Assembly: GCA_021295785.1 (NCBI GenBank)
Contig: JAGWBR010000004.1
Coordinates: forward strand, 5,889-69,888
Source of the DNA: Gemmatimonadota bacterium
Lineage (GTDB): Bacteria > Gemmatimonadota > Gemmatimonadetes > Palauibacterales > Palauibacteraceae
Direction of reading: 5' to 3'
Length of the DNA: 64,000 bases
Shown here: positions 8,241-18,518 of the stretch, piece by piece
Numbering within the stretch: position 1 is the first letter of the stretch
How the letters are laid out: each line of letters begins with the position of its first letter
Notes under the pieces: model-generated
What the model was told of the DNA's origin: nothing
Seen by the model: the letters and a program-made list of their open reading frames with translations, nothing else
Database searches by the model: none
Position numbers and translations under genes: made by a program

Positions 8241-9049
8241 TCCTCTTCGGGTAACCCCTTGGCAGCCAGCTCCGCGGCGCGCGCCCTTTCCCGCTTCGCG
8301 AAGTGGATGATCTCGTAAGCGGTGGCCATCAACAGTCCCAGTTCCCGCCCGTCCACCGCCGCGCGCTGAAAGATGTTCCTGAAGCTGCGCATCTTGGGCA
8401 GGGGATCCAGCCCCCAGAACAGGCCTGCCTTCGTCATCGCCTTCTCCCAGAGACCAAAGAACTCTTCCATTTCGGCGTGCGTGGCCAAGGGCCGGTCCCG
8501 TCTTTTCTTGGGGCTCAGGTCCCGGCCGGAACCGCCCGCCCACTTGCGCAGTTCGTAGCACAAAACCAGCACCGCGTGAGCCAGGTTCAGCGAAGGATGG
8601 TCGGGATTGGTGGGAATGCAGACGGCGCCGTGGCACAGATCCAGCGCTTCGTTCGGCAGGCCGCTGTCTTCCCGGCCCAACAAGAGGGCCAGGCGGTCGG
8701 TCGGAGCAAGCGCCCCCAGCATCGGGCCGATCTCGTCCGGCTCACGCCAGGTCTGCCTGACCGTCCGCCGCCGCGCCGTCGAACCGATCACCACGGCCGT
8801 GTCGGCAAGGGCCTCCTCCAGCGAATCGAACAGTCGAATCCGTTCGACAACATCCCTGGTGTCGTGAGCGATCCCCGAGATGCGCCATTCGTCGTACTCG
8901 GCGGGGCGGACCAACCGGAGTTTCGACAGACCCATGTTCTTCATCGCCCTGACCACCAGTGCGACATTCACAAGGTCTTGGGGTTCATGGAGCACCACGA
9001 TGGCCCGATCAAGGTCGGTCGACATCAATTCGGGTTCGGGTGGCATCAA
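8237..9049 (-). CDS. SpoU/TrmJ-like RNA 2'-O-methyltransferase
   Basis: 270 aa with IVVLHEPQDLVNVALVVRAMKNMG, LLLGREDSGLPNEAL and CIPTNPDHPSLNLAHAV (SPOUT knot motifs). TTG start at 9049, with an alternative ATG at 9025. Overlaps the rho stop by 4 nt convergently. Confidence 0.8.
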   Translation of the reverse strand: MMPPEPELMSTDLDRAIVVLHEPQDLVNVALVVRAMKNMGLSKLRLVRPAEYDEWRISGIAHDTRDVVERIRLFDSLEEALADTAVVIGSTARRRTVRQTWREPDEIGPMLGALAPTDRLALLLGREDSGLPNEALDLCHGAVCIPTNPDHPSLNLAHAVLVLCYELRKWAGGSGRDLSPKKRRDRPLATHAEMEEFFGLWEKAMTKAGLFWGLDPLPKMRSFRNIFQRAAVDGRELGLLMATAYEIIHFAKRERARAAELAAKGLPEED

Positions 9050-9082
9050 TGCCGCCGATCGGTTAGCATTTTTCTCCCTCCA

Positions 9083-9156
9083 GGGGCGGTAGCTCAGCTG
9101 GCCAGAGCGCTGCGCTCACATCGCAGAGGTCGGGGGTTCGAGTCCCTCCCGCCCCA
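9083..9156 (+). tRNA. tRNA-Val (anticodon CAC)
   Basis: Manual cloverleaf: acceptor GGGGCGG/CCGCCCC, D-arm GCTC..GAGC, anticodon stem CTGCG/CGCAG with loop CTCACAT, T-arm GGGGG-TTCGAGT-CCCTC, discriminator A. 74 nt, no encoded CCA. Confidence 0.9.
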
Positions 9157-9209
9157 TAACAACGCAGCGACTGACCTGGCCGATGCCGCTGGTCATTCGA
9201 GGTTTCATC

Positions 9210-9282
9210 GCGGGCGTAGCTCAGTTGGCAGAGCGTCAGCTTCCCAAGCTGAAGGTCGCCGGTTCGACCCCGGTCGCCCGCT
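9210..9282 (+). tRNA. tRNA-Gly (anticodon CCC)
   Basis: Manual cloverleaf: acceptor GCGGGCG/CGCCCGC, anticodon stem TCAGC/GCTGA with loop TTCCCAA, T-loop TTCGACC, discriminator T. 73 nt. Confidence 0.9.
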
Positions 9283-9404
9283 TCTTTGGACTCTTTCCCC
9301 GGCTTCGTGCAAGGCTGCCGGCGAGCCACGGTCGATGCCTGGGCGCCTGAGATTGTCTTCGGTTCCGCAGTCGATGGGCCGACCCTCTCAAGAAGATATG
9401 ACTT

Positions 9405-10403
9405 ATGCCCCGTCTCGATGATCTCCTGGTCGAATCCAGCCGCACTTTCGCGGTCGGGATCGGCCTGCTCCCGGAGCCGCTCAGGCAGGAAATCACGGTT
9501 GCCTACCTGCTGCTGCGCGTCTCGGATCACATTGAGGACACGACGACCCTTGAGGACCGGGAGAAGATCACGCTCCTGCAGCTGTGGGCGCGGACCCTGG
9601 CCGACCTTGACCCATCGGACCGCGGCACGTTCGCGAACACCGAGATCGCCGGTCACCTGCGGGAGGCCGGGGGCGGCACCCCCGACAGCCTCGTTGCCCG
9701 CGACACCTCTGCTGTTCTGGGGGGACTGGCCGCCCTTGAGCCGGTAGCGCGGGAAATCGTCGCGCGGAGGGTGTGCGAGTCGACCCTGGGAATGGCCCGA
9801 TGGGTTGAGCGGGGTTCCGATTTCGGGGATGAGGACGACCTGGACGACTACATGCACCAGGTCGCCGGCCGGGTGGGCCTGCTGCTTACCGAGCTCTTCG
9901 CGGTCCGGCTGAGCGGAGTTGCCCGCGGAGTCTCTCGGATGATGACCCTGGGCCGCGAGTTCGGGCTAGGGCTCCAAACCGTGAACGTGATTCGCGGGTT
10001 GAACGAGGATCCCGGCAGGGGATGGGTCTTCGTGCCGCGGTCGTTCGTGCCGGACGGTGTCGACCCGGGAACGATATTCCACGGCAGCGGCGAAGCTCCG
10101 TCGCCCGCGGCCATGGCCGTGCTTGATCGACTGGCCACCAAAGCCGAGGGGCACCTGGACGCGGCCATCGCTTACACCAAACTGATCCCGAGGCGGCACC
10201 ACGGGGCGAGGTTGTTTTGCGTGCTGCCGCTGTTGTTTGCGGTGCGGACGCTGGCCCTGAGCAAGGCCAACCCGGATGTGTTGCGCCAAGAAGTAAAGAT
10301 GACCCGCCGCGAGGTACTGTCGATAACGCGGGGGGCAAAATTGCTTGGGTTCTCTAACCGCTGGTTGGACTGGCGCCGCCGGAGGCTGGCGACCGGCGCC
10401 TAG
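9405..10403 (+). CDS. squalene synthase-like protein (squalene/phytoene synthase family)
   Basis: 332 aa with SRTFAVGI, YLLLRVSDHIED (first Asp-rich motif), LDDYMHQVAGRVGLLLT and GLGLQTVNVIRGLNED. This pattern resembles head-to-head prenyl transferases of the SQS type. No hpn or crt partners are adjacent. Confidence 0.7.
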   Translation: MPRLDDLLVESSRTFAVGIGLLPEPLRQEITVAYLLLRVSDHIEDTTTLEDREKITLLQLWARTLADLDPSDRGTFANTEIAGHLREAGGGTPDSLVARDTSAVLGGLAALEPVAREIVARRVCESTLGMARWVERGSDFGDEDDLDDYMHQVAGRVGLLLTELFAVRLSGVARGVSRMMTLGREFGLGLQTVNVIRGLNEDPGRGWVFVPRSFVPDGVDPGTIFHGSGEAPSPAAMAVLDRLATKAEGHLDAAIAYTKLIPRRHHGARLFCVLPLLFAVRTLALSKANPDVLRQEVKMTRREVLSITRGAKLLGFSNRWLDWRRRRLATGA

Positions 10404-11097
10404 ACCGCACGAACGGCAACATCAGTGCCTGCAGGAACGCCACGGCGATGGGTTGCAGGGCCAGCAGGTACCACGGCCAGCCGGGCAGGAAATCCATCAG
10501 CGTGTCGGCCGTCGGTTTGTGAACCGTGTAGAGGTAGTTGGACCCAAGCCAAAGGTTGAGCGGGTAAACGACTACCGCCAGCCCGTTCATCACGGCCAAC
10601 GCCAACCAAGGATCTCGGGGCCGGGGCCGGTAACCCTCGACCGCGGCGGCCCACACTCCCGCGGTCACAACCAGCCCGTGCGAGCCCATGGATTCGAGAA
10701 AGGTGTAGTGGAAGGGGCCGTAATCGACATCGGGCGTGATCACCGCTTGGATGGCGCCGACCACTCCCAGGAAATACATGGCCTTGAGGGCCAGCGGGTT
10801 GCGGGTGCCCAGACCGTAAATTGAGACCCAAGCCATGATGTTGCACAGCTGGAATGGGAGCTCTTCCTGAACCGACCAGATTCCGGTGTCGATTCGCCAC
10901 CAGTGCCGGGCCACGCGGAAAAACAGCAGCCCCGCTATCAGACCGCACCTGAGGTAGAGCTGTCCCCGTTCGCCCGTCTTCCGTCCGGCCAGCACCACCG
11001 CGGTGCCCGCCAGCACGGTAATGGCCGCACCAACCAGGTGTTCGGTGCCAAAGACCTCGAACGGCTGAAGTTCAAGGCCCCAAAATCCGGTCCGCAC
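10354..11097 (-). CDS. polytopic membrane protein (YwaF / TIGR02206-like)
   Basis: 247 aa with about 7 hydrophobic segments and the motif ELPFQLCN, which I remember from the TIGR02206 family. The 3' end overlaps the convergent gene by 50 nt, possibly a stop-poor GC-rich extension. Confidence 0.6.
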   Translation of the reverse strand: MRTGFWGLELQPFEVFGTEHLVGAAITVLAGTAVVLAGRKTGERGQLYLRCGLIAGLLFFRVARHWWRIDTGIWSVQEELPFQLCNIMAWVSIYGLGTRNPLALKAMYFLGVVGAIQAVITPDVDYGPFHYTFLESMGSHGLVVTAGVWAAAVEGYRPRPRDPWLALAVMNGLAVVVYPLNLWLGSNYLYTVHKPTADTLMDFLPGWPWYLLALQPIAVAFLQALMLPFVRSRRRSPASGGASPTSG

Positions 11098-11108
11098 AGC
11101 GGCTTGGT

Positions 11109-12863
11109 TTATCTGGCTCTCGCGGAGTCCGGGGTGATCAATGTTCCGGGCAGCGCCCAGGTCAGCTCCCCGCCGTCAACTACGAATTCTCCGGCCACGA
11201 GCACGTGTTCGACCCCGTCGGGGTATTGGTGCGGCTCGAAGAATGTCGCCCGGTCCTGAATGCTGGCCAGGTCGATCACGGTCAGGTCGGCCCGGTATCC
11301 CTCCCTCACCTGCCCGCGGTCGCGCAGCCCCAGCACCTGGGCGGGCAGGCTGGTGGCGGAGCGGATGGCGCTCTCAATCGACAGTACCTCCTGCTCCATG
11401 GCGTAGCGCCTGATCTTGCGTGGGAAGGTCCCGTAGAACCTCGCGTGGACTGGACCATCGCCCGGAAGAGCGATTCCCGCGTCGGAAGCGGTGATCGTCC
11501 AAGGCTCGGCCGCGAACAGGGCCACGTCGATCTCGGACAATGAGAAACCTCGGATGCGTGCCCCGCCCCGCCGGTCGGGGTCCCCGTCCAGTTGAAGACG
11601 AATGGCGGCGTCCACCGGGTTTGCGCCCCACTCAGAAATCAGGTCCGCAAGCGTCACCCCGACGAGCGCGGAATCGGGGTGATCCATGATGAGCAGGTTC
11701 GCCGGCCCGCCCCGCCGGTTGATTTCGTGGTCAATGTCCTGGCGGACCAGCTCGCCCCGGTCCGGATCTGCGAGAGCAGCCAGCAGCCGGTCGCGAGGGC
11801 TCTCCGTGGTGTCCGGTGACGCGAAAACCCAAGACGGAATCAAGACCGTGTTCCCGTCGGTGCCGGTGGTTGGGTAGGGGTACTGGTCGGCCCAAATCGG
11901 CACTCCCCGTTCGCGCGCCGTCTCGATCAGCTGAATCAAGGTGCGGCCGGTCCCCCAGAAGTCGGCACCGCGGGCCTTGATGTGGGTGGCGACCGTGGTC
12001 ACACCGGTCCGTTCGGCGATTTCGATGTCTTCGAGAATTGTGTGAATCATGGTGGGCGGGCCCGGCTCGTCCTGGCTGGGCCAAAACCACATGGGCGTCA
12101 TCCCCGAGCTCCGTTCGTGAACGATGAACACTCCGCCCCCCGCCCCCGCGGCCGAGACCAGGGGCAGCAGCTCTTCGGTCTCGCTCCACCTTCCCGGCAC
12201 ATACTCCAGTCCGGCGCTGAGGCCGTACGCGCCCTCTTCCATGGCGCGCTCAACCATCGTGGTCATGCGCCCGATCTCTGCATCGGTTGCGGGCCGCCGG
12301 TGATCGGCGCCCAGGACCAAGCCCCGGATCACGTTGTGGCCGGCCATGAGAATCGCGTTGGGGCCGTGCCCCCGGTCCTCCAACCGCTGGCGCTGGGCTG
12401 CGATTGGCCAGGCCCCACCCCCGTCCTGGTTGACAACTACAGTGGTCACTCCCTGGGCTACCAGATTGGGCGCGGCCCGCCTGCGGGCTCCGTCGCTGCC
12501 CGGGGGGCCTTCCGCGTCGAGTCCGCCGTCGGCGTGCGAGTGGATGTCGATGAAACCGGGCACGACGTAGAGACCCGAGACGTCAACGACTCGCACCGCC
12601 TCCGCACCCGCCAGGTCGCCCACCCGGGCGATGGTCCCGTCGCGGATGCCTACATCGGCCTTGAACCAGGGGTTCCCGGTTCCGTCGAGTACCCGCCCTC
12701 CCAGCAGCACCACGTCGAACGCCCCGGACTCGGCCTGCGCGGCCTGGCCCTTCTGCACGGCCGGCGCGGAGGCAGCGACGGGTGCCGAAGCGACACCCGT
12801 CGCGGCTACCGCGACCAAGACCCGCGCAGCCATACCGAAGGGTCTTCTTGCTGTTGTGTTCAT
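11109..12863 (-). CDS. N-acyl-D-amino-acid deacylase (D-aminoacylase) family amidohydrolase, secreted
   Basis: ORF 11109..12899; ATG at 12863 gives MNTTARRPFGMAARVLVAVAATGVASAPVAA (signal peptide). Followed by FDVVLLGGRVLDGTGNPWFKADVGIRDGTIARVGD and VVPGFIDIHSHAD (HxH). Confidence 0.75.
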   Translation of the reverse strand: MNTTARRPFGMAARVLVAVAATGVASAPVAASAPAVQKGQAAQAESGAFDVVLLGGRVLDGTGNPWFKADVGIRDGTIARVGDLAGAEAVRVVDVSGLYVVPGFIDIHSHADGGLDAEGPPGSDGARRRAAPNLVAQGVTTVVVNQDGGGAWPIAAQRQRLEDRGHGPNAILMAGHNVIRGLVLGADHRRPATDAEIGRMTTMVERAMEEGAYGLSAGLEYVPGRWSETEELLPLVSAAGAGGGVFIVHERSSGMTPMWFWPSQDEPGPPTMIHTILEDIEIAERTGVTTVATHIKARGADFWGTGRTLIQLIETARERGVPIWADQYPYPTTGTDGNTVLIPSWVFASPDTTESPRDRLLAALADPDRGELVRQDIDHEINRRGGPANLLIMDHPDSALVGVTLADLISEWGANPVDAAIRLQLDGDPDRRGGARIRGFSLSEIDVALFAAEPWTITASDAGIALPGDGPVHARFYGTFPRKIRRYAMEQEVLSIESAIRSATSLPAQVLGLRDRGQVREGYRADLTVIDLASIQDRATFFEPHQYPDGVEHVLVAGEFVVDGGELTWALPGTLITPDSARAR

Positions 12864-13006
12864 GAATCTGACAAGAACACCGCGCCGCAGTCTCTGCAAG
12901 CCCGGCGGTCCCGGGGCACGGGACTCCGGTGGCTAGGTTGAACGGAGCTTGCGAGAGCACGTCACCACTGCCGCCCTTGGCGTGGACCTCCGACGGGAGC
13001 TGATCA

Positions 13007-16000
13007 ATGAAATCGATGACTAATCGTGTCGTAGACCGGGCTGCCAACGCTTTGCCGCGGGCTGTGTGGGGGGCCGCGCCGTGGTTGGCCGTCGCCCTGC
13101 CCCCGGCCGTGCCGCTGGCGGTGATCTTCGCCGGCGCGGCCCTTTCGCCCGGGGCCCGGCTAGCCGCCACCGCCGCTCCCGCTGCAGCTCCGCAGGATGC
13201 CCCGGCCGGGTCGTCAATTGGCGAGCAGGCTCCATCGGCAGCCCAGCACTACTACGGTTCGCTGCGGTGGCGGCAAGTTGGACCGTTCCGCGGCGGGCGG
13301 TCGTCTGCCGCGGCCGGAATCGCCGACGACAAACTCACCTACTACTTCGGGGGGGCGGGGGGCGGCGTCTGGAAGACGGAAGACGCCGGCACCACCTGGC
13401 GCAACGTCAGCGACGGCTTCCTGGGGACTTCCTCGGTGGGTGCACTGGCGGTGGCTCCGTCAGACGTGAACGTGGTCTACGCCGGCATGGGGGAACACGC
13501 TATTCGCGGCGTTACGACCTCGCACGGCGACGGCGTCTACCGGTCCACCGACGCCGGGCGCACCTGGCAACACCTGGGGCTGGAGGACGCGCGCGCCATT
13601 TCCCGGATCCGGGTCCATCCGTTCGACTCCGACCATGTCTACGTCGCGGCCCAGGGGGATCCGTTTTCGCCGAGCGCGGCGCGGGGCATCTACCGGTCCA
13701 CCGACGGTGGCGCGACCTGGCGGCTGGTGCTGCACGTGGACGAAAACACAGGGGCCTCGGACCTGGCAATGGACCCGACCAACCCGCGCATCCTCTATGC
13801 AGCAATGTGGGACCACGACCGGGAGCCGTGGGCGATTCGCAGCGGTGGCCCCGGGTCGGGCTTCTGGAAATCCACGGACGGCGGAGACACCTGGAATCGG
13901 CTGTCGGACGGGCTCCCCGCCGAGACGGGCAAAACGGCGATTGACGTCTCGGCGTCGCACCCGGACCGTGTTTGGGCGCTGGTCGAGGCATCCGTGGAGG
14001 AAGACGGTCTTTACCGGTCGGACGACGGCGGAGCGACGTGGACCCACGTGAGCAGCGACCGCGTGCTGGTGGGCCGCTCGTGGTATTACATCGAGGTTTA
14101 CGCCGATCCGCAAGACCACGAGACCGTGTACGTGATGAATTCCCCGTTTCTGCGTTCGATTGACGGCGGGAGGACCTGGGAGACCATCGTCACGCCCCAC
14201 GTTGATCACCATGATCTGTGGATCAACCCCCACGACAGCCAGGTCATGCTGTCCGCCAACGACGGTGGTGCGACCCTCACCTTCAACGGGGGCGAAACCT
14301 GGTCCACCCAGGAAAACCAGCCGACGGCGCAGATCTACCGTCTGACCGTCGACAACCTGTTCCCGTATTGGCTGTACGGGGGCCAGCAAGACAACACAAG
14401 CGTTGCAATCAAGGGATGGGTAACGCACGGCGGCGGCATTGACTGGAAGGACTGGGGGGATGCCGGCGGTGGCGAGTCGGCATGGGTGGCGTTCGATCCC
14501 GACAACCCGCGTTTCCTGTATTCCACTTCCATTCAGGGGATCATTCAGGAGGTGGATACCAAGTTCGGGTCGGTGAGAAGCGTTTCGGCGTATCCGCAGT
14601 GCCAGCTGGGCATGGACGCGGAAGACATGCGCTATCGCTGGAACTGGAATGCGCCGGTTGTGGTCTCTCCGCATGATCCCGAGACCATTTATCACGGTTC
14701 GCAGCACCTGCTCCGCTCGCGCGACCGCGGATTCACATGGGAGGAGATCTCGCCCGATCTGACTCGCAACCAGCCCGAACGGCACGGAGCCGCGGGTGGG
14801 CCGTTCAACAACGAAGCGGCGGGGGGCGAGGTCTACAACACCATTTTCAACATCGTGGAATCTCCTCGAACACCCGGGGTCATCTGGGTGGGCACGGACG
14901 ACGGCCGGGTCCGTCTGACCCGAGATGCCGGCGCGACGTGGGAAGACATAACGCCCCACCCGCGCCTTCTGCCGGACGGGGCCGAAGAGGGCTTGGTGAA
15001 TTCGCTCGAAGTGTCGCCGCACCAGCCCGGAGCGGCCTACATCACCCTGGCCCGGTACAAGTTCGGGGACTTTGCTCCCTACGTGCTCAAGACCAGCGAC
15101 TACGGCGAGACGTGGCGGCGAATCGACGATGACCTGGCCGAGGCTGCCCCGGACGGGTGGGCGCGGGTCGTCCGCGAAGATCCGGCGCGCCGCGGGCTGC
15201 TCTACGCGGGAACCGAGCTTGGCGTCTGGGTGAGCTTTGACGACGGAGAATCATGGCAGACGCTTCAGCAGAATCTGCCCAACACCCCGATTACCGATCT
15301 GCGCGTGGCCCACGGAGACGTGATCGTGTCCACGCAGGGCCGGGGTTTCTGGGTCTTGGACGCTCCGGAGCCGCTTCGCCAGATGGACGGCGGGTTTGCC
15401 GCCGCCGGTGGGGGCGACGAAGCGCGGTTGTTCGCCCCGCCCGACGGTTACCGGGTGAACCAGGGTCTGGGCGGGGCCGTCGGGCCCGTGGTGCAGGGCG
15501 AGAACAAGACCCCCGGTGTGCCCCTGGACTACATCTTGCCGTCCGGCGCGTCGGCCGAGCTTGAGATCCTGGACGGCGACGGGAACCTGGTCAGGACTTT
15601 CCGCACTCCTCCCGGCGACGAGCCGGAAGGACAAGACGAAACAGACGAGCCCGACGAAGCCGACGAGGGATCCACCACACTCCTTCCCGCGGGTCCCGGC
15701 CACAACCGCATCTACTGGGATTTGCGAGTGGAGAGCGCCGCGCCCGTACCGGCCGAGCCGGCGTTTTTCGGGATGGCAGCCGGGTACCGCGTAATGCCGG
15801 GCACATACTCGGCGCGACTGACGGTAAACGGAGAGGCACTGCCCGAGAAGCAGTTCCGGGTTACGGGCGATCCGCGAACACCCGAGTCAGAAAAGGACTA
15901 TGCCGCCAACCGCCAGTTCCTGGAAGACGTATTCGGCGCGGTTTCCGAGCTGCACGATGGGGTCATTGACCTGCGGGACGCGCGGGTGAAGGCCGCGGAG

Positions 16001-16375
16001 GTGACCGACCGAGTAAGGCGGGCGGAGATTCCCGACGCGGATGAGTTGCTGGCCGCCGGAGCCGAACTGGCCGATTCAATCAACGCCGCCGAAGACAGGC
16101 TCTTTCAGAAGCGCCGCGGTGCCCAGCAGGACATGGTCGCCTATGAAGGCCTCCTGAACATGCAGCTCTCCGCGCTGATCGGTGAGGTGGACGGGACCGA
16201 CCTGCCCCCAACCCGGGGGGCTCTGGACCGATTTGAGGACCTCAGGGTGCATTGGGAAAGCGAGCGGGCGGCAATCGCCAACATCCTCGGCGCCATGCTG
16301 GACCGCTTCAACGACCTGGCCCGGCAGGCGGGCGTGCCAGCGGTCATCACCCCCCGCCCCCGAACCATCTCCTGA
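13007..16375 (+). CDS. large secreted sortilin/VPS10-BNR (Asp-box) repeat beta-propeller protein
   Basis: 1122 aa with an N-terminal hydrophobic signal. Many Asp-box-like repeats are present: S.DGG.TW type (YRSTDAGRTWQ, YRSTDGGATWR, WKSTDGGDTWN, YRSDDGGATWT, RSIDGGRTWE, NDGGATL, SRDRGFTWE, LTRDAGATWE, TSDYGETWR, SFDDGESWQ). Paralogue of 25093..28323. Confidence 0.8.
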   Translation: MKSMTNRVVDRAANALPRAVWGAAPWLAVALPPAVPLAVIFAGAALSPGARLAATAAPAAAPQDAPAGSSIGEQAPSAAQHYYGSLRWRQVGPFRGGRSSAAAGIADDKLTYYFGGAGGGVWKTEDAGTTWRNVSDGFLGTSSVGALAVAPSDVNVVYAGMGEHAIRGVTTSHGDGVYRSTDAGRTWQHLGLEDARAISRIRVHPFDSDHVYVAAQGDPFSPSAARGIYRSTDGGATWRLVLHVDENTGASDLAMDPTNPRILYAAMWDHDREPWAIRSGGPGSGFWKSTDGGDTWNRLSDGLPAETGKTAIDVSASHPDRVWALVEASVEEDGLYRSDDGGATWTHVSSDRVLVGRSWYYIEVYADPQDHETVYVMNSPFLRSIDGGRTWETIVTPHVDHHDLWINPHDSQVMLSANDGGATLTFNGGETWSTQENQPTAQIYRLTVDNLFPYWLYGGQQDNTSVAIKGWVTHGGGIDWKDWGDAGGGESAWVAFDPDNPRFLYSTSIQGIIQEVDTKFGSVRSVSAYPQCQLGMDAEDMRYRWNWNAPVVVSPHDPETIYHGSQHLLRSRDRGFTWEEISPDLTRNQPERHGAAGGPFNNEAAGGEVYNTIFNIVESPRTPGVIWVGTDDGRVRLTRDAGATWEDITPHPRLLPDGAEEGLVNSLEVSPHQPGAAYITLARYKFGDFAPYVLKTSDYGETWRRIDDDLAEAAPDGWARVVREDPARRGLLYAGTELGVWVSFDDGESWQTLQQNLPNTPITDLRVAHGDVIVSTQGRGFWVLDAPEPLRQMDGGFAAAGGGDEARLFAPPDGYRVNQGLGGAVGPVVQGENKTPGVPLDYILPSGASAELEILDGDGNLVRTFRTPPGDEPEGQDETDEPDEADEGSTTLLPAGPGHNRIYWDLRVESAAPVPAEPAFFGMAAGYRVMPGTYSARLTVNGEALPEKQFRVTGDPRTPESEKDYAANRQFLEDVFGAVSELHDGVIDLRDARVKAAEVTDRVRRAEIPDADELLAAGAELADSINAAEDRLFQKRRGAQQDMVAYEGLLNMQLSALIGEVDGTDLPPTRGALDRFEDLRVHWESERAAIANILGAMLDRFNDLARQAGVPAVITPRPRTIS

Positions 16376-16377
16376 GC

Positions 16378-18012
16378 TTAGTCGGCGCGGGCCTCCAAAA
16401 GCCGGAGGGCGACTGGCCGCGCGGCATCGATGTCGGGCACGGTCTGGTCGCGCGACACGAGGTCGAGTACGCCCAGTGCGTCGAGAGCCGCCCCGGCCCG
16501 GCCCGTGGCCCCTGTCAGGATGCAGTCGGTGTCTGACCGTTTGGCCGTGGCCAGGAGCTGCCTGATCAACATGGCCGCGCTGTCGTCGAGGTGGCTGGCC
16601 CTCGCAAAGTCGAACACCACCACGTCGTGATCGCGGATATCCCCCCCGATCGTCACGGCCAGTTTGTGGGCCGACGCCACGGTGAACCGCCCGCGCAGCT
16701 CCACCAGTCCGACCCGCGCGGCAAACGGGTCGTCGGTCTCAAACCCCGGAATTCCCTCAAAGAACTGCTGGTCCAGAATCGGAACCGATACGACGCGGTC
16801 GAGTTCGAGTTCTTCCAGCTCCTGGGCGTGGGTCATGCCGGCCACGATGAGCCCGATCGCCACGGCGGTCACCAGATCCACGAACACGGTCAGCGCAACC
16901 GTAACCAGCATTACCACGATGTGCTGGCGCCGCAGTCGCCTAAGCCGCGACAGCAGCCACCAGTCGATCACATCCCAGCCCACCTTGATCAGAATGCCGG
17001 CCAGCGCGGCCAGCGGGATCGGTGCCACCAGATCGCCCATCCCGAGCACCAGCGCCAACAGGAACACCGACCGCAGCGCCCCGGACACAGGTGTGGATCC
17101 GCCCGCCCGGATGTTGGTGACGGTTCCCATGGTGGCCCCGGCTCCGGGCAGTCCGCCGAACAAACCGGCGACCGTGTTGCCCATCCCCTGCCCAATGAGC
17201 TCCCTGTCGGGTTTGTGCCGCTCGCCCGTCAATGAGTCGGCCACAAGCGAGGTCAGGAGGCTGTCTACCGATCCGAGCAGCGCCAGGATCAGTGCCGGAG
17301 AGATCACGGACACCAGGAATGACGCCGACGGCAGGGCAAAGCTGAGGGTGGGCAGTTCGGTGGGGATCTGGCCGATCTGCGGGGAGCCGGTAAGAACAAA
17401 GATCCCCAGGACCACCCCAACGGCGAGCGAGACGAGGGCCGGCGGAAGGTACCTGGCGAATTTCGGGGGCCAGACAAAACCGACAATCAGGGTCGCGGCA
17501 CCAATCGCGACCGCGCTCGGGTTGGCGTTGGCGATCGCATCGGGAATGGCCTGCACGATTGCCGTCGGCCCGCCGGGCGGAGCCGGCACCCCCAGGAAGG
17601 GCGTGATCTGGACCAGAATAATGATGATCCCGATCCCCGACATGAACCCCGACACAACGATCGCGGGAGTATAAACCACGAAACGCCCGAGTTTCAGGGC
17701 TCCGAGGCTGATCTGCAGAAGCCCGGCCATGACCACGATCACAAGGGCTTCGGGAATGCTCGAGGCGTGCGTGGTCAACATCACGGCCATCGCAACGGTC
17801 ATGGACGGTGTCGGCCCGGAAATCTGGGACGGCGTACCCCCAAACACCGCGGCAAAGAACCCAACCGCAATCGCCCCGTAAAGGCCGGCCGCGGCCCCCA
17901 GCCCGGACGCGATTCCAAACGCCAGCGCCACCGGCAGGGCGACGACAGTCGAGGTCAGGGCACCGTACAGGTCGCCCCGCAGCGTGGCGGCTGTGTATCC
18001 CTTGAAGTTCAC
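16378..18012 (-). CDS. SulP-family anion (sulfate/bicarbonate) permease with C-terminal STAS domain
   Basis: 544 aa with N-terminal DLYGALTSTVVALPVALAFGIASG and GGTPSQISGPT, multiple TM segments and a C-terminal STAS-like tail. Confidence 0.85.
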   Translation of the reverse strand: MNFKGYTAATLRGDLYGALTSTVVALPVALAFGIASGLGAAAGLYGAIAVGFFAAVFGGTPSQISGPTPSMTVAMAVMLTTHASSIPEALVIVVMAGLLQISLGALKLGRFVVYTPAIVVSGFMSGIGIIIILVQITPFLGVPAPPGGPTAIVQAIPDAIANANPSAVAIGAATLIVGFVWPPKFARYLPPALVSLAVGVVLGIFVLTGSPQIGQIPTELPTLSFALPSASFLVSVISPALILALLGSVDSLLTSLVADSLTGERHKPDRELIGQGMGNTVAGLFGGLPGAGATMGTVTNIRAGGSTPVSGALRSVFLLALVLGMGDLVAPIPLAALAGILIKVGWDVIDWWLLSRLRRLRRQHIVVMLVTVALTVFVDLVTAVAIGLIVAGMTHAQELEELELDRVVSVPILDQQFFEGIPGFETDDPFAARVGLVELRGRFTVASAHKLAVTIGGDIRDHDVVVFDFARASHLDDSAAMLIRQLLATAKRSDTDCILTGATGRAGAALDALGVLDLVSRDQTVPDIDAARPVALRLLEARAD

Positions 18013-18074
18013 CCGCGGCTAGCCCTGGTCCGCGCCCGCGCCGCGGCCGGCAAACACGGACGAAACCGCGCGGG

Positions 18075-18446
18075 TCAGCCGCATGGGCGTATCGTGTCCG
18101 GGGCGTTGGGTACCGAACAGAGAAACTCAAACGGCTCGTCGCCCAGCGCTTCATAAGAGTGAGGCGTACCCGCGGGGATGAACACAACATCCCCCTTCTT
18201 GACCCGGTGCGTGTTGTCGCCGATGCGGACTCGCGCCCGACCGCGAAGCACGTACTGCTCATGCTCCACATCGTTCGTATGCAAGGGCATTCCGCCGCCC
18301 GGCTGCATCACAAACCTCCGCAGGGCAAAGTTCGGCCCCGTGTCCGGTCCGATCAGCACCTGAACCTCGGTGTCGATTCCCGCGGCGACGGGAGTGAGTT
18401 CCATTTCCGAAACGTTGCGAACGCCCACGGTCGCCCCTTTTTTCAA
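18075..18446 (-). CDS. cupin-domain protein
   Basis: 123 aa with the two cupin motifs GGGMPLHTNDVEHEQYVLRG and GDVVFIPAGTPHSY. Confidence 0.7.
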   Translation of the reverse strand: MKKGATVGVRNVSEMELTPVAAGIDTEVQVLIGPDTGPNFALRRFVMQPGGGMPLHTNDVEHEQYVLRGRARVRIGDNTHRVKKGDVVFIPAGTPHSYEALGDEPFEFLCSVPNAPDTIRPCG

Positions 18447-18518
18447 GTCTGGCTGGCAGGGTCGGGTCCTTGCCGCCGGTGCGATGCACCGTACAGATTC
18501 TAACGGTCTGAGATATAT

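Noticed and set aside
10354-10403. A 50-nt convergent overlap between the squalene-synthase-like gene and the membrane-protein gene.
   Set aside because: The tails of both proteins are low-complexity (Arg/Ser/Gly/Pro). This is most simply explained by late stop codons in GC-rich DNA rather than functional antisense coupling.
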